Origin: Octopus vulgaris
Lineage: Eukaryota
Direction: 5' to 3'
Assembly: GCA_951406725.2 (NCBI GenBank)
Contig: OX597829.1
Coordinates: 49,662,001 to 49,726,000, forward strand
DNA length: 64,000 nt
Shown here: in pieces, positions 54,502 through 64,000 of the stretch
Position numbering within the stretch: position 1 is the first letter of the stretch
Layout of the letters: every line of letters starts with the position of its first letter
The notes under the pieces: model-generated
What the model saw: only the letters and a program-made list of their open reading frames with translations
What the model was told of the DNA's origin: nothing
Databases searched by the model: none
Program-made: the position numbers and the translations under genes

Positions 54502-56570
54502 TCGATGTCCCGCAGAATACAATATCGTGATGTTGTTGATTGAAGATATTGTGTCTACCAGGGGTTAGTACTGTTTGTCAAGTCGCAACAGGGACCTCAG
54601 ACAGACGATCTCAATTCTCAGATCTCCATATTTATCAACCTGTTCTCTTTCTTTCTTTCAAGATGATGTGTTGATCTCCTGGCACTGCCACGTCGATCAT
54701 TAAGCACTCTTGTTTGTCCCTCCTAAAAGTCACTATGTCCGGCCTTCGATGCTCTAATACCTTGTCTTTGTGGAAATCAAAGTCCCAGAGGATTTTGCTT
54801 TCCTCTTTTCGTACATTACCTTTTCCGGTGTATGTTGGTACCAAGCACCCGTAACCTAACATCCATACTTAAGGCAAAGCAGCCAGTGGAGACTTTGAGC
54901 TACCTTGACGTGTCTAAGCTTGTACGCTTTCTACACAAGACTTTCACAGGCACTAACAATGTGAGTCACGCTTTCGACCCTCTTCCCACATAGAGATCCG
55001 TATCACTTGTGTAGTATATATTCTTTTTCACTGAGTCGGTATTCAATGCCTGGTCCTGGGCAGCGATGATTAGGCTTTCAGTATTCACTTTTAGGTCACC
55101 CTTGTTAAGTCACCTTCATGGTGCTTCCTGATCTTTTAATTTTTTGGTTTCACGATGGAACTGACTATGTGATTCCATGCCGCGTAGGGTTTCTTCTCTC
55201 TCGTTGGCTGTTCAAGATCGGAATTCATGAACGTTCTCGAGTCCATCTTTGTTAAATCCTTCTGCATTAGCAGCATACAGTTGCAGGTCTTGTTTGCAGT
55301 TTACCAAATATTCTGCCATGTTTCTTCTTTCACTGTTGATGCACTCCGGTACGCTAATTAGCCCATGTCCACCTTTACCTCACTTCATGTAGAGTCTGTG
55401 TACATGCGCTTTAGGGTGGAGGGCACCATATATTGACATTGTCTTTCGGATAGTAAGATCGAGTTGGTTAATTTCCGCTTCTAGCCATTTCAGGATGGGT
55501 GCACTATAGCGGACTACAGCAACCACCCATATGTTGATGGCAGTCACAAGGTTCTTTGAGTTGAGCTCTGATTTCAAGAGAAGTTTGAGGCGCTTGAAAT
55601 ATGCAGTGGTGACCTTGTCTTTCATTTCTTTGTGCAAGATACTGTCCAGCTCTAGGATCCCAAGGTACTTGTACCCATCATCATCCGGGTCTTCCATTCT
55701 CTCTCCGTTTGGCAATTCTATGCTCCTACAATCTGCTCTTTTCCCCCGCTTCAAAGTAAGCAACCACACACTTCGAGATACCGAATTTCATCCCCATATC
55801 CTTGCTGCACATTTGCACAGTCTCAACTAGCCTCTCAATTTCAAGCTCTGTTTTGGCGAACAGTATTAAAATCATTAATGAAGAGAAGATGGTTGAGACG
55901 AGATCCATTCTACGCGTTGACTTTGCGTAGGACTACAGAAAGTGGGATAAAAGAGGTGAACAAATAACAGAGGTGAACAAGAGTCTCCTTGGAAGATACC
56001 TCTACAGGAAAGATGCGCTTTCGAACTAGGAATACTGTTCTTAATCAGTGCACACACGTTCTCAGTTATTCCACACATATCAAATGTTTCCAAAATCCAG
56101 GCAGCCTTTTTGAAATCTTTCCAGGCCATGCATAAGTTTTTTTGGGGGTTTTTTTGTACCGTTTACAATTCTTCATTATAACCTTGTCTATCACAAGATG
56201 GTCCTTGGTGCCTTTGGATCCTTTTCGGCATCCCTTTTGTTCTACTGGCAATAGTTTGTTTTCCGCAAGGAACGTATATATTTTCCCTGCGAAGATACTT
56301 GTTAATACTTTCCATAGAAGGTTAAGACAAGGAATGGGTCGGTAATTACTAAGCTCATTGCCCTATGACCGATCTTTCATTAACAACGTTGGTTTTCCCT
56401 CTACCATCCACTCCGGAACTGCACCGTTCTGTAGGCAATTATCTAACTGCAACGCAATTCTCTTGTGTCTTGACCTAAACCACTTGAACCAGTAGCCTTG
56501 AATTCTGTCTGGTCCTACCGCTTTCCAGTTTGGCAGTTTTTATACCTGTGCAATAACAATTCCATTCCAG
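54502..56570 (-). mobile_element. R4/Dong-clade non-LTR retrotransposon (RT plus endonuclease), same family as 4706-5694
   Basis: NYRPIPCL, EQKGCRKGSKGTKDHLVID, RGIFQGDSCSPLLF, YKYLGILE, HRRPDIVTF; several deletions; ends in (TAC)n/(TAA)n. Confidence 0.92.
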
Positions 56571-56719
56571 ATTGATATAGACTTCTGCTTTATTTTCTGT
56601 ACTTTACTGTATGTTTGTCTTCTATGTTGTTTGTTTTTGATTTCATATTTCTATATGAGAAGATCTGAGTAAGGTGTCCCTCTTTCCGCTGCAGCTGCTG
56701 TTGTCGCTGAAATAATAAA

Positions 56720-56936
56720 TCTTTTATCTTTTACTTGTTTCAGTCATTTGACTGCGGCCATGCTGGAGCACCGCCTTTAATCGAGCAACTCGACCCCAGG
56801 ACTTATTCTTTTGTAAGCCCAGTAATTATTCTATCAGTCTCTTTTGCCGAACCGCTAAGTAACGGGGACATAAACACACCAGCATCGTTTGTCAAGCAAT
56901 GCTAAGGGGACAAACACAGACACACAAACACACACA

Positions 56937-56974
<38 letters not shown>

Positions 56975-57139
56975 TACGACGGGCTTCTTTCAGTTTCCGT
57001 CTACCAAATCCACTCACAAGGCTTTGGTCGGCCCGAGGCTATAGGAGAAGACACTTGCCCAAGATACCACGCAGTGGGACTGAACCCGGAACCATGTGGT
57101 TGGTAAGCAAGCTACTTACCACACAGCCACTCCTGCGCC
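56720..57139 (-). mobile_element. SINE group A, full length
   Basis: Family consensus match. Confidence 0.92.
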
Positions 57140-57384
57140 TTCTAACCTGGTATTATCAATGCCCGTGTCTATTTTAATGCATCTATTAAACGACAGACAA
57201 GCTGGCATTTTTAAAAATTTTTATTGCTGTTGCTATTTCATCGCTAAGCTTTGTCTTTTTGGGTGGTACATTGAAATATATCTGAGCTGTGCCAAGTATT
57301 CCTATTTTATACACGTTGTTTGTGTGTCAACACCATGGTTTTGTCATCTATCCGCCTGTTTTGTTATCGATTTAATTGTAAAGA

Positions 57385-57675
57385 CGCTTGGCCAAGTGGT
57401 TAGAGTGCTCGCGCTCGTAAGGTCACGAGTTCGATACACGGTCGAGCATTGTGTCCTCGATAAAAACATTTTATTTCACATGGACCCATCTAGTACTTGT
57501 AATTCAAAGGACCGGCCTTGTCAGATACTGTGTCATGCTGATTCTTCCTGCAAACTAAGTTAAGAATACGCTCGTCTGTGGAGTACTCAGCCACTTGCAC
57601 ATCAATTTCATGAGTAGGCTGTTCCATTGATCAGATCAACAGGAACACTCGTCGTTGTAACTGACGGAGTACCAG
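57385..57675 (+). mobile_element. Diverged SINE group C head with D-type tail
   Basis: Similar to 14716-15038. Confidence 0.75.
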
Positions 57676-58097
57676 TTTATCCTAATCTTATCATTTGCAA
57701 ATCACCTGTTATTGTTTTTATTTTTATTCTTTAATTACTGTGTCTGTAGAAAAGCAGCAGTTTTTGCCAATATCGGATCTTACGAGACCGGCACGGCTGA
57801 AGCCATTAATAATTCAATACTTACAGCAAAAGATAGTTCCAGAGAACCGAAGATCTGTAAAGGAACAACTAGGTGTATTGATTAGGTGTACTGATTAGCT
57901 TTATCTGTATTTTTTTAGGGGATAGCATTATCTGTGTTGGTTTTTCTTTGTTTGCAAGTTCATTATGCTAATTAATATTTACGTTCATTTTTGTTTAATT
58001 TTACTAATCACTTTTAAAACTCTGTGAACTTTACATTAGGATTCATTTATATTTACTAAATTTATTGTGATGTCTCTGTTCAAACTGAGTTTTGTGG

Positions 58098-58646
58098 ATA
58101 GAAATAATACATTTCTAAATCTCTCAGAGAGATTTATGCAGTAGCAGCACGATACAGTGATAGTATGTCGTCAACTTAATGTGACAGTCCCATGAAAGGG
58201 AAGAATATTACTGTTATTTAGCCCTAGGAAACACCATTTCCTGTTGGACTTGACACATTTCCTGTGTCCTAACGTTTTCAAAATGGAGATAAGCACCTCT
58301 ACCCAACAAAGCCAGCGTTCAGAGACTAGTTTCAGAGTCATTGCTCATCATCAGTCTGAAGTAGCATGGCTTGCTAGCTGTTGATGTCTACCTGCCCTTG
58401 CAATCATATTTCAAGTAAAATACATTCAGTGATTTTTGAAAATAGAAATAATATATTTCTAAATCTCTCAGAGAGATTTATGCAGTAGCAGCACGATAAA
58501 GTGATAGTATGTTGTCAACTCAATGTGACAGTCCCATGAAAGGGAAGAATGCTACTGTTATTTAGCCCTAGGAAACACCGTTTCCTGGTGGACTCGACAC
58601 AAATCCTGTTGGACTGTCACATTAAGTTGACAACATACTATTACTG
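58098..58646 (-). mobile_element. 1.5-mer of a 344-bp hammerhead-bearing unit with short terminal inversion
   Basis: 58098-58265 is repeated at 58442-58609; 58610-58646 is an inverted copy of an internal segment; TSD-like actgagtt(tt)gtgg on both flanks. Confidence 0.8.
58318..58360 (-). ncRNA. Minimal type I hammerhead ribozyme motif
   Basis: Minus strand ttcaga-CTGATGA-t-gag(caatga)ctc-t-GAAAC-ta-GTC-tctgaa: 6-bp stem I, 3-bp stem II, palindromic ACTAGT stem III, GUC site. Confidence 0.8.
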
Positions 58647-58904
58647 AGTTGTGGGAATTTCCTATGAGCTGAGTTCCAGAGAGAATAAAAAGGCTGAAAT
58701 GTCATTAGGAACATTTTGATTCATTGACATTTCGTGTTTGTTATAGTTTAAAGATGATAGAAGAGCGATAGCTAAAGCATAAGAATGTAGTGGGTGTATG
58801 TTGGTACAACCTGAGATGAAATAGCAATTAAGGTTTCAAGATGGCACTTTTACTATTTTCAGATAAAGGATTTAGGATTTTTTTTTATCTATCATCTGTA
58901 TCAG

Positions 58905-59069
58905 TGGTGTAGGCGCGGCTGTGTGGTTAAGAAGCTTGCTTCCCAAGCATGAGGTCTTGGGTTCCATCCGAGTGCACAATACCTTGAACAAGCGTCTTCT
59001 GCTATAAGCTCTGAACCGAACAAAGCTTTGTAAGTGTATTTGATGGAAGGTAATTGAAAGAAACCCACC

Positions 59070-59111
<42 letters not shown>

Positions 59112-59208
59112 ACAGACAGACACACACACACACACACGCACACAGATGGACAGTCAGCGAGGCAGACAAACAGACAGACGGTTGGATTGATAGATTGATA
59201 TATAGGTA

Positions 59209-59267
<59 letters not shown>

Positions 59268-59515
59268 TGTGTGTGTGTGTGTGTGTGTTTGTGTTCATTT
59301 GTATGTGGTTGTGCTTGTTCCCCATCCCTACCGCTTGATAGCCGGTATTGGATAGATTACATACAAGTAACTTAGCGGGTCGGCAATAGAACCCGGTAGT
59401 ACCAGGCTTTTAAAAAAATAAGTACCGGGTTCGATTTGTTCGACTAAAACGCTTCAAGACGGTGCTCCAGCATGGCCGCAGTCCAATGGCTGAAACAAAT
59501 ATGAGCTCATGCGCA
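58905..59515 (+). mobile_element. Diverged SINE group A with internal microsatellites
   Basis: Head at 58905, tail at 59460-59500. Confidence 0.75.
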
Positions 59516-59540
59516 TCAACACATACATTCTTTATGCATA

Positions 59541-59960
59541 GGCGTAGGAGTGGCTGTGTGGTAAGTAGCTTGCTTACCAACCACATGGTTCCGGGTTCAG
59601 TTCCACTGCGTGGCATCATGGGCAAGTGTCTTCTGCCTCGGGCCCACCAAAGCCTTGTGAGTGGAGTTAGTAGACGGAAACTGACAGAAGCCTGTCGTAT
59701 ATATGTATATGTATATATGTATGTGTGTGTGTGTGTTTGTGTGTCTGTGTTCGTCCCCCTAGCATTGCTTGACAACTGATGCTGGTGTGTTTACGTCCCC
59801 GTTACTTAGCGGTTCGGCAAAAGAAACCGATAGAATAAGTACTGGGCTTACAAAAGAATAAGTAGTCCTGGGGTCGATTTGCTCGACTAAAAAGGCGGTG
59901 CTCCAGCATGGCCGCAGTCAAATGACTGAAACAAGTAAAAGAGTAAAAGAGAAAAGAGAG
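59541..59960 (+). mobile_element. SINE group A, full length
   Basis: Family consensus match. Confidence 0.92.
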
Positions 59961-60436
59961 AGCATATATATTTATGTGCTTCGGAATACAGTCTTTAAAA
60001 ATAGTTGGATTCAGCCAAACTAGGCTGCCTTAAAAAAAAAAAAATACAAAATGAAGCTTTCGGCTGTGATCCAACGAAGCCATGTATATTTCGATATGAT
60101 TCGGATTTATGAGAAAGCTACAGATATAGCGTTTGTAAAGATTTTGCGTTATCGCGATCGAGCGTTCTCAAAATTATATGATACTTATTTTGCTTAGGTT
60201 TTACTCATCACCGCTCTGGAATCAAATGAATGAATTCAGGTTAAATATTTTGCGTGCAATTCGTACAAGAAAGGTTATACGATCGATTAAGCTATGAATG
60301 CATATTCCACAATGAAAAAAAAATCAATACTAAGTAGAACTATCAAAGAATTCCATTAAGGTATTTATTATAAAATAGCTTACTGGCGCCTATGATGTGA
60401 CAAGACACAACCTCATGAAAATATTGATTTCAAATT

Positions 60437-60860
60437 CTAGCACAAGGCCAGTAGGTTGGGAGGAGTGGATGAATCGATTACATCGACCAAGTATTCAACT
60501 GGTATATATTTTATCGATGAAGGCGGTGAGCTGGCAGAATCGTTAGCACGCCGGGCGAAATGCGTAGCCGTATTTCGTTTGCCGTTACGTTCTGGGTTCA
60601 AATTCCACCGAGGTCGACTTTGCCTTTCATCCTTCCGGGGTCGATAAATTAAGTACCAGTTACGCCCTGGGGTCGATATAATCGACTTAATCCGTTTGTC
60701 TGTCCTTGTTTGTCCCCTCTGTGTTTGGCCCCTTGTGGGTAGTAAAGAAATATATATTTCATCGATCCCCGAAAAGGATGAAAGGCAAAGTCGACCTCGG
60801 CGGAATTTGAACTCAGTACATGAATGAGGACGAAATGCTACTAAGTATGCTGCGAAGCAT
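60437..60860. mobile_element. Young group B SINE (+, 60521-60750) nested in an older group B SINE (-)
   Basis: TSD tatatattt(t/c)atcgat on both sides of the inner copy. Confidence 0.85.
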
Positions 60861-61103
60861 GCCGTTCTTGAGCAAGACACTTCATTTCACATTACTCTAG
60901 TTCACTCTGTTGTAGAAATGAGTTGTGATGCCACTGGTGCCAAGCTGTATCGCTGACGAGAGAAACGTGTGGGTGCGAAACGTTGGGTAACTCTTATATA
61001 AAATTTTATTGTAATAATTAATGCCTTATTTTTTTAGAGTGTGCTTCTTTCTGATATATGCTTTTTTATTAACTATATGTGTGTGTACGTGTATATGTAT
61101 ATA

Positions 61104-61195
<92 letters not shown>

Positions 61196-61384
61196 TATAT
61201 ATATATATATAAATGAAAGAATGGAGCTGCTCATTGTATTTAAAAAAACACACCAATTTTCACACGATAGCACGTGATCTCTGCCCTAGGCATGTAGCTT
61301 CAACCGTGTTTTTCTGACGTGAATTTGCTACCCAGGTATCGGTTAACCGAATTATCCATAATAAGATAATTCATTCAACTACTC

Positions 61385-61448
<64 letters not shown>

Positions 61449-62012
61449 TATGAAATGTCCACTTTCGACTAAATATACGTTTAAACGATTTAAAGAAACA
61501 TAAATTACTATCTATAGTAATATGATTTTGTTAATGATATTTTTGCCAATAATTTTAGTAACAGCAATAATAATATCAACTGTGGGTATAAACCCAAACA
61601 TAAGTGAATTACCTCTGAATAAATAATGTACTCCATACAGTAAAATGTAAACAAAACTGCTACAATCGATTGTAATATGAATGAACGTTTTATAAACCAC
61701 GATTCAACTGTAATACTTATAGAGGTGATTATAAAACCAGAATTCAATTTGATTTAAAAATATGACCTTCGGCTGAATACTAATACAGGAAGCTTGTTTG
61801 AATTATTTGCTTTGAAACATCATAAGTAATGGACCTTTGATGAAATTGCAACGACTAGGATGCATAATTGCATATGGAATAATGTGCAGTTGCTGCAGCA
61901 GAAACATATGTTGATCATTGTTATATATTCTGTACAAACCTTTTTTAATAAAATGTTTTCTATGTGAATAAATCACCACTCTCCTCTTCATTTCCAATTA
62001 TATATATATATG

Positions 62013-62888
62013 ACGGGGGTACACAAAGTAACCGGTAACATTCTCCGTGAGACAAGCCCGGTGTAGTTCAGGCTTCTGCCACTAGAAGCCACTTGATGCA
62101 ACCCTCAGGCATCGGTATGCCGACCGATGGCGTGAACTGAAGTCCTACTGCCATGTGATGTGTCTTTGCATTGCAGTTTTTCTCCCCTGTTATTCTATTT
62201 TTGCGATGGCTGAAACGAAGGAACAGCGCGCTTCCGTAAAATTCTGTTTTCTGCTGGAGAAAACGGCGACCGAAACAGCTGTCAGGCTTCAAACAGCTTA
62301 CAGGGATACTGCCATGAGCAAAACAAGTTTATGAGTAATTTTCACGCTTTAGGGATGGTCACTTGTCGCTTGGAGACCAGCCTCGTTCAGGGCGACCGTC
62401 AACCACCCGAACGAATGAAAACATTATGAAAATTCATGAACTGATCTTGGAGGACCATCATCAAATAATTGACGAGCTTCTTGATATGACCGGTGTGTCC
62501 TGGGTCTCCTGCCAAAAAATTTTGAGCGACGAATTGCGAATGAAAAGAGATTCAGCAAAATTTGTGGCTCACTTGTTCACGGAAGATCAAATGTAGTCAC
62601 AACTGAATGTGTGTCGTGAATTGATTGAACCTTAGGAAATTAATCCGGACCTTTTTTTCGAAGGTCATCACTGGTGACGAAAGGTAATGCTACAGAATTT
62701 TCAGATGTGGAAGAGATGAAGAAAAAGCGATAGAGGCGTTAAAAGGTATCATTTTGCAAGAGTTCCAGCACTGCTTTGGACGGTGGAAAATACATCTGGA
62801 CTGATGCATATCTTCAAAATGTGAATAAAATAATAAAAAGTGAATAAAACGATATTGCAAAATTCCGGTTTCTTTTGGGTAACCCTCG
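62013..62888 (+). mobile_element. Mariner-like element, internally deleted
   Basis: Imperfect TIRs. From ATG 62206: MAETKEQRASVKFCFLLEKTATET...DQPRSGRPST...SAKFVAHLFT...VITGDE; rest of the catalytic core missing. Confidence 0.88.
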
Positions 62889-63085
62889 TATATATATAAA
62901 TATATATTTCGTTTTAGGATTTGGTTTGCAAGATTCTTTATATGAGTTCGTGTGTTGAATCATTTTAGAAAATAAAAATAAGAAATAAGTGGAAATTTTA
63001 GCGGTGAGTGTGTTAAATAATAAGGCACTAAAAGAGAATTACTCTTCCCAGACACAACAATATATATATATACGTAAACTCTCCC

Positions 63086-63134
<49 letters not shown>

Positions 63135-63796
63135 GCACACACATACAAACACCACAAGATTTTTCAGTTTCCATGTACCACATCCATTCACAAGCTGTTA
63201 GCTAAACCGAGACACAACCCACAGACGTGTTTGAACTGAACCCAGAGACGTGTTTGAGAAGCAAACTTCTTACCACACAGCCCCACATGCGGCTACAACT
63301 AACTTATTTTAAATAATTACTCTGACGATCATAACCTGTTCGTAGAGTTGATTTAAGAGAAGTTCTAATGTTTTCTTATGACAATCCTTGGGGAGGATTT
63401 AACGTTATTGTTGAAATTAATATTTTTATTATTAAAAGAAATCATGATGGCAAAGTCAATCTAATTATAATGATTTCTTTTTAAGCAAATACAAAAATAG
63501 CTGCTAACGGCCATTGTCTCTCAGTCATTAGAGGGTCTAATATATGTTCGGCGCTGTTCTTTCATAATTTTGAAGTCGCCAAATTCTGTGTCAACCCAGA
63601 AATAAGAAGTGGTCATAGGATCGATTCTTCTCTCCTTTTTACTCTTTCTTTGACTCTGTAAGAAATTAGCTGCGATCAGACCTAGAGAGGGCAGTGGTCC
63701 TCCGAATTTAGATCCACTTATATAAAGGCGGTGCTCTTATAACTTTTACAGGGGTTAAAGGTTCAAGAAAGGACATCAATTACAATGAAAGAGTTG

Positions 63797-63802
63797 TCGT
63801 TG

Positions 63803-63834
<32 letters not shown>

Positions 63835-63913
63835 GGTGCTGGTGCTGGTAGTGCTGATGGTGCTGGTGCTGGTGGTGCTGATGGTGCTGGTGGTGCTGGT
63901 GGTGCTGGTGGTA
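63797..63913. repeat. (GTT)/(GGT)/(GGTGCT) microsatellite
   Basis: Direct inspection. Confidence 0.92.
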
Positions 63914-64000
63914 CTCAACAACAGATCAGCTCTGATTGAGCAGACTTTTAATAAAGGGTGTTCCATTCGTGACCGTCCTGTCCTTCTTAACCTAGTGTAA

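Noticed and set aside
61508-61997. Short minus-strand ORFs as host exons
   Set aside because: No recognisable domain, multiple stops, no clear splice sites.

Overview
AT-rich, repeat-dominated animal genomic DNA. The SINE families and microsatellite load fit an octopod cephalopod best (inference). I found no supportable host protein-coding exon, tRNA, rRNA or CRISPR array, and nearly all long ORFs in the track are microsatellite or SINE artefacts. The window contains four tRNA-derived SINE groups; R4/Dong-type, RTE and Penelope-like retroelement remnants; mariner, maT (DD37D), Tigger, hAT and Helitron remnants; and many micro- and minisatellites. Most notable: (1) two diverged but related ~330-345 bp direct-repeat units, each with one minimal type I hammerhead ribozyme motif (58.1-58.65 kb and 25.3/28.3 kb), a candidate retrozyme-like or Penelope pseudo-LTR family, plus several more variant hammerhead motifs; (2) a TSD-flanked 2.19 kb element encoding only an L1/Tx1-like zinc-knuckle ORF1 (HAL1-like); (3) a mariner MITE family built from two 5' ends; (4) a multimeric SINE that moved as one unit; (5) recurrent local fold-back and templated duplications. 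Family calls come from motif recognition by eye, with no database search, and boundaries of decayed elements are approximate.
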